From Candidatus Zixiibacteriota bacterium (GTDB lineage: Bacteria; Zixibacteria; MSB-5A5; DASWLN01), in assembly GCA_036396115.1 (NCBI GenBank), contig DASWLN010000038.1, positions 1 through 47,429 on the forward strand: a stretch of 47,429 nt of DNA, read 5' to 3'. The notes under the pieces were generated by a model that was not told where the DNA came from, made no database searches, and worked only from the letters and a program-made list of their open reading frames with translations. The position numbers and the translations under genes were made by a program. Position 1 is the first letter of the stretch, and each line of letters starts with the position of its first letter. Shown piece by piece: positions 25,572 through 35,946 of this stretch.

Positions 25572-27403
25572 AAGATGCAACTTATCCTCGTGAGAAAAGA
25601 AGTGCAATTCTGATTTCTATTCTAGCCATTTTGCTTTCGTTGCTGATTATCCGTGTTTTTGGTCTTGAGGTGATAAGGGGTACATACTATCGCCAGATGT
25701 CCGAGGAGAACAGAATCAGGCCTGTTCCTTTGCCGGCTCCTCGCGGTCTTATCGTGGATAGAAATGGGAAAGTTATTGTCTCCAACCGTGCCTCCTATAC
25801 TGTTTCCATAATTCCCTATGAAGTGAGGAATCTAAAGGAGGTGGTGGGAAGGTTAAGCCCTCTTCTTCAGATAGATGCAGATGGTTTAATGCAAAGGATT
25901 AAGGACAATTGGTCCAGAAGGTTTGAGCCAATTACCATTAAAAGAGATGTTGATTTCACAACCATATCTATTCTGGAAGAGCAAAATCAGGACTTCCCCG
26001 GAGTTATCTACCAGGTAGTGCAAACTCGAAAATACCCTGAAATAAGAAGCATCTCGCACCTGATTGGGTATGTCAGCGAGATATCAAGTCAAGAGTTAGC
26101 TAGCTTGCCCGCTCAGAGATATAGAGTCGGCTCATATATTGGCAAGAAAGGCATAGAGAAGCAATATGATGACCTCTTGAGGGGAAAAGATGGGATGTTG
26201 TATCTGGAAGTAAGCGCCATCGGCAAGATATTGGGTGAGCTTAAGGACAAGGAGCCCGACCCTCCTGTGGCTGGCTCAGATATCAAGTTATCCATCAATT
26301 TTGACTTACAGAAGTTAGCTGATTCCCTGTTGGAAAAACATAGTGGCGCTACCCTGGTTGCCCTGGATCCAAATAGTGGAGAGATTCTGGCTCTGGTGAG
26401 CAAACCCGGATTTGACCCTAACATCTTTGCCGGGGTTTTAACCCCGGAAGAGTGGAATAGTTTAAGCCAGGACCCTAATCATCCCCTTCTGGATAGAGCT
26501 ATTCAAGGCACCTATCCCCCTGGCTCCACTTTGAAACTTCTGACTGCGGGTGCGGCTTTGGAGACGAAAGTGATACAGCAGGAAAACTCTTTTGCGAGTT
26601 GTGTAGGAGGTTATCGTTTTGGGAATAGGATTTTCAAGTGTTGGCAGGAAAGAGGGCATGGTAAGTTGAAATTGCACGAAGCGATGGTCCAATCCTGCGA
26701 CGTTTATTTCTATCAATTGGGTTTGAAGGTGGGATTGGAAAATTGGTGTCATTATGCTGGGCTCTGCGGTTTCGGTGAGAAGACAGGTATTGATTTACCG
26801 GAGGAGGCTAAGGGTTTCGCTCCCACACTTTCCTATTTTATCAAGAGACATGGCAAAGGGGAATGGGTGAAAGGATTGGTCATCAACTTAGCCATAGGGC
26901 AAGGTGAGATTTCAGCTACACCTTTACAAATGGCAACATTCTACGCTGGATTAGCCAATAAGGGGATTATCTTTAAACCCCATCTTTTAAAACAAGCTAT
27001 CACCCCATCAGGAAAAGTCTTTGTCACCAAGACGGAACAGCTCATCAAGTTGCCTTTCTCTCCTGAGACTCTGGATACTTTGAATCAGGTTTTGATTGGT
27101 GTGGTGAATGAGCCATTCGGCACTGGTGGTGCATCCAGGCTTGCGGACGTAACTGTGGCTGGCAAAACCGGTACTGCGCAGAATCCATTTGGTGGAGACC
27201 ATGCCTGGTTTATCTGTTATGCTCCGGCTGAAGCCCCCCAGATAGTCCTGGCTCTTTTGGTGGAGAATGCCGGTCACGGAGGAACGATAGCCGCTCCTAT
27301 TGCCAAAAGAATACTGCAAGCTTTTTTTGAAAAGAATAAAGAACTCCACCCACAGGGCGGGGTTCTAAACCCAAATCGAGATCCCGAATCAAGTTCGGGA
27401 TGA
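25568..27403 (+). CDS. mrdA: Penicillin-binding protein 2
   Basis: APRGLIVDRNG, YPPGSTLK (SxxK), QSCDVYFY (SxD), AGKTGTAQ. Confidence 0.95.
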   Translation: MKDATYPREKRSAILISILAILLSLLIIRVFGLEVIRGTYYRQMSEENRIRPVPLPAPRGLIVDRNGKVIVSNRASYTVSIIPYEVRNLKEVVGRLSPLLQIDADGLMQRIKDNWSRRFEPITIKRDVDFTTISILEEQNQDFPGVIYQVVQTRKYPEIRSISHLIGYVSEISSQELASLPAQRYRVGSYIGKKGIEKQYDDLLRGKDGMLYLEVSAIGKILGELKDKEPDPPVAGSDIKLSINFDLQKLADSLLEKHSGATLVALDPNSGEILALVSKPGFDPNIFAGVLTPEEWNSLSQDPNHPLLDRAIQGTYPPGSTLKLLTAGAALETKVIQQENSFASCVGGYRFGNRIFKCWQERGHGKLKLHEAMVQSCDVYFYQLGLKVGLENWCHYAGLCGFGEKTGIDLPEEAKGFAPTLSYFIKRHGKGEWVKGLVINLAIGQGEISATPLQMATFYAGLANKGIIFKPHLLKQAITPSGKVFVTKTEQLIKLPFSPETLDTLNQVLIGVVNEPFGTGGASRLADVTVAGKTGTAQNPFGGDHAWFICYAPAEAPQIVLALLVENAGHGGTIAAPIAKRILQAFFEKNKELHPQGGVLNPNRDPESSSG

Positions 27404-27432
27404 CAAGAACCGAATCAAGTTCGGGATGACAA
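27379..27432. repeat. Tandem CGTC-type palindrome CCGAATCAAGTTCGGGATGACAA x2, overlapping the mrdA stop
   Basis: Identical 23-mers at 27384-27406 and 27410-27432. Confidence 0.85.
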
Positions 27433-27578
27433 AAACCGTAAAACCAAACCCTGTTGTCATCTGGTCTGTTTTTCTCTGTTTCCAAGAGAAGCACCTTTCG
27501 TCGCCGTCCACGAACACGGGGTTTTCAGGTACGATCTTGATAAGATCTCTTAATTTACTTGGAATTCGGTAAGGAGAA

Positions 27579-28805
27579 ATGAAACTTAAATTCCCGCAAG
27601 AAAACTTTGATATCTGGCTTCTCGTAACCGCCTTGTCTTTATCTTTGATTGGTTTGCTTTTGGTCTATAGCGCCAGCCGAAACGTATCCCTTCCGGCTGG
27701 GTCACATCTTTTTTCTAAGCAGGTGGTCTGGCTTCTGCTGGGACTGGTATGTGGGGCGGTCTTCTTCGTTATTCCCCTTAAATTACATGATTTCTTTTCC
27801 GGGTTCTATTACTTGATAGGTATAGGTCTGCTTTTAATTTTAGATTTCGTGGGGAACGAAAAGGGAGGAGCAATACGTTGGTTTAATTTCGGAAGTTTTG
27901 CCTTTCAGCCCTCTGAGTTTGTCAAGTTGGCACTTGTTTTTATTTTGGCTAGATACCTAGCCTATTCTCAACGGTCCTTTCTGAATTTCAGATGGCTTTT
28001 CACTATCTTTGCCATAACTTTAGTTCCTATGGTTCTGGTCTTGAAGCAACCGGACTTAGCCACCTCCTTGATTTTCATCGCCACACTAGTGGTAATGCTC
28101 TTTTGGGCTGGAGTCTCGCCCCTTTACATCCTGCTCCTTTTGTCTCCTTTTATCAGTCTTGTGGCAGCTTTTCATTGGATAACTTGGGGTATATTCTTTT
28201 TCTTTGTACTTCTCCTTTTGTATCATTTAAGGCCCAATTTCCTTTTGAGTTCGTCTCTGATTCTCTTTAACCTTTTGTTTGGTATGGTGACTCCATTAAT
28301 TTGGAATCGCCTGCACGATTATCAAAAACTGAGAATATTGGCTTTTCTTGATCCCACCAGCGATCCCCAAGGGTCAGGATATCAAATCATTCAATCCAAG
28401 GTTGCCATCGGGTCAGGCGGGTTTTTTGGAAAAGGCTTTCTACATGGCTCTCAGACTAAGCTGGCTTTTCTTCCAGCCCAGCATACCGATTTCATCTTTT
28501 CGGTTTTGGGGGAGGAGTTTGGTTTTTGGGGTGTTTTGGCCTTGCTGGCTTTGTTTTTTGTTCTCCTTCTAAAAGGGTTTGTCATAGCTCGCAAAGCCAG
28601 AAACAGCTTTGCCAGTTTCGTGGCTCTGGGTATAAGCTCGGTTTTGGCTTTTCAGGTAGTGGTCAATATCGGGATGGCGACAGGCATAATGCCGGTGGCT
28701 GGTTTACCCTTGCCTTTTATCAGCTATGGTGGCAGTTCAATGCTTCTGGCTTGGATTTGCACCGGGATTCTTTTGAATATAAATTATCACTGGTACGAAT
28801 ATTAA
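27579..28805 (+). CDS. rodA: Rod shape-determining protein RodA
   Basis: FQPSEFVK, LKQPDLAT, YQIIQSKVAIGSGG, HTDFIFSV, LPFISYGGSS; follows mrdA. Confidence 0.95.
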   Translation: MKLKFPQENFDIWLLVTALSLSLIGLLLVYSASRNVSLPAGSHLFSKQVVWLLLGLVCGAVFFVIPLKLHDFFSGFYYLIGIGLLLILDFVGNEKGGAIRWFNFGSFAFQPSEFVKLALVFILARYLAYSQRSFLNFRWLFTIFAITLVPMVLVLKQPDLATSLIFIATLVVMLFWAGVSPLYILLLLSPFISLVAAFHWITWGIFFFFVLLLLYHLRPNFLLSSSLILFNLLFGMVTPLIWNRLHDYQKLRILAFLDPTSDPQGSGYQIIQSKVAIGSGGFFGKGFLHGSQTKLAFLPAQHTDFIFSVLGEEFGFWGVLALLALFFVLLLKGFVIARKARNSFASFVALGISSVLAFQVVVNIGMATGIMPVAGLPLPFISYGGSSMLLAWICTGILLNINYHWYEY

Positions 28806-28820
28806 TCTGTAGGAGAAACT

Positions 28821-29618
28821 ATGCATCCGGTTTTGTTCAGATTGGGTCCCTTGGCCATAACAAGTTATAGTCTTTTGTTGGTGCTGGCTTTTGTTTTGGG
28901 AGTCTGGCTCGCAATAAGAAGGGCCAGGAAATCCGGCGTAAAGGTAGAAACGATAGTTGATTTAGCGATTGTGATTTGGATTTCATCCATTGTCGGCTCA
29001 AGGTTTTTCTATGTCATATTTCATCTGGAAGAGTTTAAGGGAAGATTCTGGGATGTAGTTAATCCCATCCACCCAGGCGGAGACATAGGTATAGTTGGTT
29101 TATCTATGGTCGGAGGGGTGGTTTTGGCTATACTGACCGGACTGGTCTATCTTTACTTAAAGAGATTGGAAGTGTGGAAGATAGCGGATATTGTTTCGCC
29201 CTCTTTTATTTTGGGTTTGGCTATTGCCCGCCTGGGTTGTTTCTTGAGTGGTTGCTGTTTCGGAAAACCAACCGGCAGTTTTTTGGGGGTCGTTTTCCCC
29301 TTGGATTCTCCGGCTGGATATGTCTTTCCCGATGCCCACCTTCTGCCCACTCAGATTTTGTCAAGTATTGGAGCGGTGATAGTACTGGTGATTCTTTTAT
29401 TTCTCGAAAGATATAAGAACTTTGAAGGATTCACCTTCTGGCTTATGGTTATGCTCTACTCAATCAACCGCTTCGTTATCGATTTCTTTAGATATTACGA
29501 GCCCAGCACAACTTTTAAGGTTTTGCACACAGCTTTTTCATCCAATCAGATTACCCTCTTTTTTGCTTTTTTCGTTTCACTGTTTATGTTTGTTTGGTTT
29601 GAGAAAAGGGCAAGATAA
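28821..29618 (+). CDS. lgt: Prolipoprotein diacylglyceryl transferase
   Basis: MHPVLF, GSRFFYV, GGV, RLGCFLSGCCFG, PTQI, RFVIDFFR. Confidence 0.88.
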   Translation: MHPVLFRLGPLAITSYSLLLVLAFVLGVWLAIRRARKSGVKVETIVDLAIVIWISSIVGSRFFYVIFHLEEFKGRFWDVVNPIHPGGDIGIVGLSMVGGVVLAILTGLVYLYLKRLEVWKIADIVSPSFILGLAIARLGCFLSGCCFGKPTGSFLGVVFPLDSPAGYVFPDAHLLPTQILSSIGAVIVLVILLFLERYKNFEGFTFWLMVMLYSINRFVIDFFRYYEPSTTFKVLHTAFSSNQITLFFAFFVSLFMFVWFEKRAR

Positions 29619-29626
29619 AATCAGAT

Positions 29627-30361
29627 ATGGCTGTGAACGAAAAGTTCAAACCCCTTCTTGATTTGAAAGATGACATCTTAGATTTGATATTCCCCTAACA
29701 CTGCATCCTCTGTAAGAAATATCTTTCCCGCAAAGAGGAAAACGTTTGTCAGCTTTGCTGGGACAATCTGATTCAACTTCCTTTTCCTTTTTGTGTGGAA
29801 TGCAGGTCTTTACTGGAAAAAGACAAAGAGTGCAAGCAGTGCGGAGATAAAGATGGGTTGAGCTTGGTTTATTCTTTGGGAAGTTTCGATGATAGCTATC
29901 AACGTTTGATTTACGCTTTCAAGTATGGTCAGTTGCTCAATTTGGGAAAGAGATTGGGTTCGACTTTGGGAGAAAAAATAAAGGAGGACAAAAGATTCTT
30001 GGGGTGCGATTTTTTAATTCCTGTTCCCCTGCATCCTAGTCGAAAAAGAAAAAGGGGGTTTAACCAGAGCGAAATTTTGGCTTTGGCAATATCAGAAAAG
30101 ATTGGACTTCCCGTCTTAAAGGACGTTTTAAAGAGGAAGAAAAGAACAAAAGATCAAACTACTTTGAATGCCAAGCAAAGAGAAGAAAACGTGAGGGGAG
30201 CTTTTAGTGTAAAAAACGAAGATAGAATTGTTGACAAGCAAATCATATTGGTGGATGACGTGATGACCACCGGAGCGACTTTAAAGGAATGTGCAAGAAA
30301 CTTATTTGAAGCTGGGGCAAAAGAGGTTTTGGGATTGACCGTGGCAGTGGCAGGAGAGTAG
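29627..30361 (+). pseudogene. comF: ComF family protein (double Zn ribbon + PRTase) interrupted by in-frame TAA at 29696-29698
   Basis: ATG 29627 is in frame with the ORF-track fragment 29795-30361. It reads ..LDLIFP*HCILC..CQLC..CVEC..CKQC, then PVPLH..RGFNQS and LVDDVMTTGAT. Confidence 0.8.
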
Positions 30362-30363
30362 CT

Positions 30364-31176
30364 TTAGGGCTTCTGACAACGAGGGCAGAAGTAACTTGAC
30401 CTTTGATTTATAACTATTCTTTTAATCTTCACACCGCATCTCTTACAGGGTTTACCTTCCCTTCCATAAACTTTATGCGACAATTGGAACCTTCCCATCT
30501 TACGAGATAGGTCAGTATATGTCCTGATGCTCGAACCGCCAGTTCGCATTGCTTTCGCTAATATCTTTCCTATGCTCTTACGCAAACCCCTTAATTTGAC
30601 TGTATTGATTTGGTCTATTTTCTTCAAAGGATTTATCCCTGCTTCAAACAAAACTTCATCTGCATATATATTTCCAATTCCAGCCAGAACCTTCTGATTC
30701 AAAAGAACAGACTTAACCCTTCCTTTTCTTTTTCTCATTAAGTCCACAAATTCCTTTTCGGAAATCTCCATTGGCTCGGGTCCGAGTTTATCCAAGTCAG
30801 GACAAGTCTTGAGGTCAACAAATCTCATTTTGCCGAATTTTCGAGGGTCGTTATATCTAAGCTCTTTTACGTCACCCAAAAATCTAAAAATGATGTGGTC
30901 GTGCTTGTCCACTTTCCTATCTGGACAAAGATATAAGAGATGTCCACTCATCCCCAAATGGACCAGTATAGCGTTATCTTGAGACAGGCAGATTACAATG
31001 TTCTTGCCCCTTCTTTTTATATCTTTAACTTTTTGCCCCACGGTTTGGCATATAAAACTTACACTACTCTGTTTAACTATTCCCGGGCAAAGAAATTTCA
31101 CCTCTTTTATTCTCTTACCTAAGATGGTTTTTCTTAAGCCCCGAACAATAGTTTCGACTTCTGGCAATTCTGGCAT
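30364..31176 (-). CDS. mutM: Formamidopyrimidine-DNA glycosylase / AP lyase
   Basis: PELPEVET N-terminus, HLGMSG, DPRKFG, GIGNIYADE, C-terminal Zn finger CKRC..FCPRCQ. Confidence 0.97.
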   Translation of the reverse strand: MPELPEVETIVRGLRKTILGKRIKEVKFLCPGIVKQSSVSFICQTVGQKVKDIKRRGKNIVICLSQDNAILVHLGMSGHLLYLCPDRKVDKHDHIIFRFLGDVKELRYNDPRKFGKMRFVDLKTCPDLDKLGPEPMEISEKEFVDLMRKRKGRVKSVLLNQKVLAGIGNIYADEVLFEAGINPLKKIDQINTVKLRGLRKSIGKILAKAMRTGGSSIRTYTDLSRKMGRFQLSHKVYGREGKPCKRCGVKIKRIVINQRSSYFCPRCQKP

Positions 31177-31199
31177 ATTTTTTTAAATTATAAATTATT

Positions 31200-31475
31200 C
31201 GGGCGGCCACACAGTTCGACAAGCTCACTGTCCTGAGTTGAGTCGAAGGAAGGGTCGCCCCTCCAAAAAGACAGTTTAAAATTTAGAAGTATATGGGGCT
31301 AACCCAGAAGGCGTTTTAATTTACATAAACTTTCTTTGCCTGTCATTGCGAGGAGGGCGTAGCCCGACGTGGCAATCTCTTCCAGCACCATAAGTTATAA
31401 AACCGAGATCGCCACGCTCTCCCGATAGAATCGGGATCGCTCGCGATGACAAGGAGCTTTTGGGTGAGCCCTATA
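31200..31475. repeat. Palindromic repeat cluster (GTTCGACAAGCTCAC..GTCGAAGG; CGTC-type GTCATTGCGAG..GCAATCT / GAGATCGCCAC..CTCGCGATGAC pair)
   Basis: Related copies at 3423-3459, 45682-45719 and 47121-47221. Confidence 0.8.
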
Positions 31476-31490
31476 AGAATGTCTATAATT

Positions 31491-32402
31491 TTAACTTAAT
31501 TCTAACATCCGTTCAATTGATTTTCGGGCTTTTGCGGCAATATCCTGGGGCACCTTAATTTCATAGAGCATATCTTCCAAAGACCAAAGGATCTTCTCTA
31601 AGTTGGTCAATTTCATATTGGAGCAATCAGCCAGAAGGCTGGCTGGATAGAATTTTTTATTTGGCTCTTTTTTCTTTAAAGCATGTAAGATCCCGATTTC
31701 AGTTCCAATGATGAATTCCTCGGAGCTTGACTCGGAGACATATCTTATAATTCCGCTGGTAGAGAGAACCTTGTCTGCCATAGCAATCACGTCCGGCGTG
31801 CATTCCGGATGAACCAAGACTTCCGCCTTAGGATGGAGATTCTTATTTTTTAAGATATCTTCAGCCAGAATCCTTCGATGAGTGGGACAATATCCTTCCC
31901 ATAAAATCAAATCCCTTTTAAGTTGAGAGGCGACATAACTTCCCAGATATTTGTCCGGTATAAACAAAACCTCTCTATCTTTGGGAATATGCTCCACGAT
32001 CTTGACCGCATTAGCTGATGTGCAACAATAGTCGCTTTCCGCCTTAATCTGGGCAGTGGAGTTGATGTAACAAATCACAACTGCATGCGGATGCCTTCTC
32101 TTCGTTTCTCTTAATTGTCTTAGGGTTATCATATTTGCCATAGCGCATCCGGCATTTAAATCCGGCATCAAAACCAACTTATTCGGGCAGAGCAAGCTTG
32201 CGGTCTCTGCCATAAAGTGAACTCCGCAAAAGATTATAACTTCAGCTTCGGTTTTGCTCGCAGTCTGGCTTAAACCCAGAGAGTCGCCAACATAATCCGC
32301 AATATCCTGCACTTCGCCCAGCTGATAGTTGTGAGCCAGGATTATGGCTTTTCTTTTTTCCTTTAACTCCAATATTCTTTTTGTAATATTGTTATTTTCC
32401 AT
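31491..32402 (-). CDS. nadA: Quinolinate synthase
   Basis: ILAHNYQ, GDSLGL, FCGVHFMAE, AGCAMA, YINS, CCTSANA, VHPEC, GTEIG. Confidence 0.96.
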   Translation of the reverse strand: MENNNITKRILELKEKRKAIILAHNYQLGEVQDIADYVGDSLGLSQTASKTEAEVIIFCGVHFMAETASLLCPNKLVLMPDLNAGCAMANMITLRQLRETKRRHPHAVVICYINSTAQIKAESDYCCTSANAVKIVEHIPKDREVLFIPDKYLGSYVASQLKRDLILWEGYCPTHRRILAEDILKNKNLHPKAEVLVHPECTPDVIAMADKVLSTSGIIRYVSESSSEEFIIGTEIGILHALKKKEPNKKFYPASLLADCSNMKLTNLEKILWSLEDMLYEIKVPQDIAAKARKSIERMLELS

Positions 32403-32417
32403 ATTGGATTGTTTTTC

Positions 32418-32627
32418 TTATTTCTCTTCAGATACAGTTTTATTTAAGTCATCCATAAGCTTGTCCACATCCACTCCGTGGGCTAAAGCTCCCTGCTCAA
32501 TTGATTCCTCCGCCGCAATATGGCAGCCGAAGCAATGCATACCATATCTGAAAAAAGTCTCTGCGGTTTTGGGATATTTGCTCAAAACCTCACCGAAGGT
32601 CATCTCTTTGATTAGTTTCTGTTCCAT
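32418..32627 (-). CDS. DUF1858 domain protein
   Basis: MTFGEVL..YP....F..YGMHCFGC....ESIEQGA..HGVD. Confidence 0.85.
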   Translation of the reverse strand: MEQKLIKEMTFGEVLSKYPKTAETFFRYGMHCFGCHIAAEESIEQGALAHGVDVDKLMDDLNKTVSEEK

Positions 32628-32722
32628 CTCTCCTCCTTGGTTTTTCCACCCCTCTTATCTAATACGATATTTAATTTATATTTTTGATATGTCAAGAGTT
32701 AAATTTTGGTCTCTGAAGAAGT

Positions 32723-32792
32723 GTAGCCGACAGGTCGGGCAAGGTGCCCTGTACCAGCACGGTTCAGGGCTTGCCCGACCACTCTGCCGTAC
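32723..32792. repeat. GTAG-type REP containing a CCCTGTACC-N5-GGTTCAGGG core
   Basis: GGTCGGGCAAG...CTTGCCCGACC stem enclosing the 23-bp core at 32747-32769. Confidence 0.7.
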
Positions 32793-32805
32793 TTTTTCAG
32801 CGGTC

Positions 32806-34812
32806 TCAAATTAATTCCTCCACCAATTCAGCTATATCTTTTACGCAGAGCTTTTCCTCCAGGGTTTTTTCCTTAACCCCATCCTCTAACATAGTCAAGC
32901 AGTAAGGACAGGCAGTGGATATCACTTCGCTTCCAGTTGAATTCAACTGCTCAATCCTCATCTGGTTTATTCTTTTTCCTAAATTCTCCTCCATCCACAT
33001 CCTTCCGCCTCCCGCTCCACAACAAAAACTCTTTGATTTAGATAACTTAACCTCATTGAGTTTCTTTTGACTCAGTCTTGTTATAATCTCTCGGGGAGCA
33101 TCGTAAATACCATTATAACGCCCCAAATAACAGGAGTCGTGGTAAGTTATTGATTTTTCATTTTGTGATTTCAATTTGATTTTATTATCCTTGATCAAAT
33201 TCCATATAAGCTCCGTATGATGTATCACCTCGAAATCTCCACCGAATTCTCGATATTCGTTCTTGAAGGCGTTATAGCCGTGCGGGCAAGTTACCAGTAT
33301 TCTTCTTACCCCGTATTTCTTCAAAATTTCAATATTCCCCCGCATCAAGATTTGGGCTAAATATTCATTTCCTATTCTTCTGGCCGTTTCACCACAGCAC
33401 ATCTCCTCATTTCCCAAAATGGCGAAGTTCACTTTTGCCGTTTTCAAGATTTTGACCAGAGCGCGCGAGACTTTTTTATTTCTGTCATCGAACGAGCCAG
33501 AGCAACCTACCCAATAAAGGATATCAAAATTCTTATCTTCCCTGGCAAGTTTTATTCCTAAATCCTTTGCCCAATCAGCTCTGGCTTGATAACCGAATGC
33601 CCAAGGGTTATAATTGGTCTCCATATTCTTGAATAGATTTTTCAATTCGTTAGGAAATCTGCTCTGCATTAAGACCAGATGACGACGCATATCCACAATT
33701 TTGTCAATATGTTCAATTAAAACAGGACAAGCCTGGTGACAGGCATAACAGGTGGTGCAAGACCAAATTTCATCCTCTTTAACCGAACCTCCAATCAAAG
33801 CCACAGAGGGAGTACCTTTCTTATCTTTGCCCAAAAGTTCTCTGGTTCTTGCTTGAAGATTTGCCTTGATATCTTGATTTACCTTTTTGGGAGAAAGTGG
33901 TTTCTGGCTCAAATAAGCAGGACAATTATCCTGACATCTTCCACAACGAGTGCAGGCGTCAGTGTCCAGGAGTTGTTTCCAGTTAAACTGTTCAACCCTA
34001 TCTACTCCAAAAGTCTCCTGATTTTCAATATCCAAGATAGCCGGTATCCGACCTTTGGGTTCAAATGAGCGAAAAAAGATATTTAAAGAAGAACTCAGGA
34101 TATGCAATAATTTGGAGTAGGTGATATAGCTGATGAAAAACAAAGCCAGAGCCAGATGAATCCACCAAGAGATTAGATGGAGAATTCTTATGGAGTTAGG
34201 ATTTAAGTTCCAGAAAAGTTTAGACAAGTTCCATCCCACAAATGACCAAACCTCGAACTGCGGCTTGGTAGCAGAGATTCTCAGGGCTTCATTCAAAAAG
34301 CCACCAGTGGCAATTGCCAACAACAAAATCAAGACTACGGCATCGTCCAAGATGTTATCTAATCGCTTCGGTTTTAAAATGTATCTCCTGAAAAGAGCCA
34401 TGCCTATTCCGATTATCAGAAGAAGCCCGAAGAGATCTAAGATTAGAGAAAAATACAGATAAAAGTAAGAATGGAAAAAGAAGATGCCAAATAGGGGAGA
34501 GGCGATGTCATCCTGAAACATCACCACCGCGGTGCCTAAGAAAAGAACCACAAATCCCCAGAAGATGAAAAAATGCATTAAACCAGGATATAAATCCCTG
34601 AAGAACCTCTGGTGGAAAAAGCCAAAGGATACAAAAGATAAGATCCTTTTTCCTATTTTGTCGAATTTTTTTTCCGGCTTACCTATTCTCCAGAGCTTAA
34701 TCTTCTTGTAAATTCCCCAAATGAGGAATAAGAGGGGTATTATTGCCAGGATATAGATAATAATTCTTATTCCTGCTCCAACGTTCCAGAAAATCTCTCG
34801 GGTTATCTCCAT
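32806..34812 (-). CDS. Membrane-bound Fe-S oxidoreductase (NarI-like TM + 2x[4Fe-4S] + CCG domains; FadF / EtfAB:quinone oxidoreductase type)
   Basis: TM region with conserved His, CTRCGRCQDNCP, CTTCYACHQACP, GC..CCG..TCPH, YHDSC..CCGAGGG..TACPYC. Directly downstream of etfBA. Confidence 0.88.
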   Translation of the reverse strand: MEITREIFWNVGAGIRIIIYILAIIPLLFLIWGIYKKIKLWRIGKPEKKFDKIGKRILSFVSFGFFHQRFFRDLYPGLMHFFIFWGFVVLFLGTAVVMFQDDIASPLFGIFFFHSYFYLYFSLILDLFGLLLIIGIGMALFRRYILKPKRLDNILDDAVVLILLLAIATGGFLNEALRISATKPQFEVWSFVGWNLSKLFWNLNPNSIRILHLISWWIHLALALFFISYITYSKLLHILSSSLNIFFRSFEPKGRIPAILDIENQETFGVDRVEQFNWKQLLDTDACTRCGRCQDNCPAYLSQKPLSPKKVNQDIKANLQARTRELLGKDKKGTPSVALIGGSVKEDEIWSCTTCYACHQACPVLIEHIDKIVDMRRHLVLMQSRFPNELKNLFKNMETNYNPWAFGYQARADWAKDLGIKLAREDKNFDILYWVGCSGSFDDRNKKVSRALVKILKTAKVNFAILGNEEMCCGETARRIGNEYLAQILMRGNIEILKKYGVRRILVTCPHGYNAFKNEYREFGGDFEVIHHTELIWNLIKDNKIKLKSQNEKSITYHDSCYLGRYNGIYDAPREIITRLSQKKLNEVKLSKSKSFCCGAGGGRMWMEENLGKRINQMRIEQLNSTGSEVISTACPYCLTMLEDGVKEKTLEEKLCVKDIAELVEELI

Positions 34813-34820
34813 ACGTTTAA

Positions 34821-35819
34821 TTAATTTCCTGCCTTTGTCTTTTTAATCTCCTGAGCTAAAAGAGGAACTATCTGAAAGAGGTCTCCCACAATGCCGTAAT
34901 TCGCTTTCTGAAAAATGGGCGCCTCGGGGTCCTTATTTATGGCGATTATACATTTTGAAGTTTGCATTCCAGCTAAATGCTGAATGGCACCGGATATGCC
35001 ACAGGCAATATAAACTTCCGGATTGACCACTTTGCCGGTTTGGCCAACCTGCATATCGTGGGGTGCAAAGCCGGAATCAACTGCAGCTCTCGAAGCTCCA
35101 ACAGTTGCACCTTCACCAAAGGAGCAAGCCAACTCCTCCAATATCTTGAAGTTTTCACTGCCTTTCATTGCCCTTCCGCCAGAAACGATAACCTTTGCCT
35201 CAGTCAAATCGACCTTCTCTCCAGCCGATTTTACTATCTCTTTTACTTTCGCCCTTATCCCTTCAGTTGAGATTCTAACTTCGGATTTTATTATCTCCGT
35301 TCGTCTTGATTCATCCGGAGAGGCCATTACAAGGACATTTGGTCTAATGGATGCCATCTGAGGTGAGCTATCAATAAAAACATCAACTATCACCTTTCCA
35401 GCATAGATTGGCCTTTTGAGTAGAAGATTTCCATTTGAGTCTATATCCAAAGTGATGCAGTCCGAAGCTAAGCCAGTCCCGAGTTTAGCCGCAACTCGAG
35501 GAAGAAGGTCTTTACCCATAGCAGTGCTAGGTCCTAATAAGATTTTTGGTTTATGCTCTTTCACAAAATCCGCAATGACCTGACTATACCCTTCATTCGA
35601 ATAATTCTTCAAAATCTCGCTATCACATAAAAAGACTTTGTCCGTCCCATAATAACCTAGCACATTAGCCAGGCATTCAACCTTATCACCCAAAAGAATC
35701 GCACCCAGTTGAACCTTAAGTTTATCCGCTATTTTGCGGGCACAGCTTAAAATCTCAAAACTCACCTTTTTTAGTTTTCCATCTCTTTGCTCAGCTATCA
35801 CCCAGACTTCATTTGCCAT
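34821..35819 (-). CDS. etfA: Electron transfer flavoprotein alpha subunit
   Basis: IVSGGRA, VGASRAAVD, QVGQTGKVV, CGISGAIQH, AINKD. Start set at ATG 35819 (MANEVWVIAEQ). Confidence 0.95.
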   Translation of the reverse strand: MANEVWVIAEQRDGKLKKVSFEILSCARKIADKLKVQLGAILLGDKVECLANVLGYYGTDKVFLCDSEILKNYSNEGYSQVIADFVKEHKPKILLGPSTAMGKDLLPRVAAKLGTGLASDCITLDIDSNGNLLLKRPIYAGKVIVDVFIDSSPQMASIRPNVLVMASPDESRRTEIIKSEVRISTEGIRAKVKEIVKSAGEKVDLTEAKVIVSGGRAMKGSENFKILEELACSFGEGATVGASRAAVDSGFAPHDMQVGQTGKVVNPEVYIACGISGAIQHLAGMQTSKCIIAINKDPEAPIFQKANYGIVGDLFQIVPLLAQEIKKTKAGN

Positions 35820-35832
35820 CTTTTTCTCCACT

Positions 35833-35946
35833 TAAACCCAGATTTTGCAGCAGCAAAATCTGCCCAAAGGGCCGCTACGTTCCGCTGTGGCGGAACTAAC
35901 GGGGTTAACCCCGCCTTTAGGCGGCCTTCGGGAAATTTGCGGTTAA
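35833..35946. repeat. Nested palindromes between etfB and etfA
   Basis: CAGATTTTGC..GCAAAATCTG, GTTCCGCTGTGGCGGAAC, GGGGTTAACCCC and CCGCCTTTAGGCGG. Confidence 0.7.

Noticed and set aside
29696-29698. Selenocysteine or other stop-codon recoding in comF
   Set aside because: The codon is TAA, not TGA or TAG, and TAA is a normal stop for many genes in this window.
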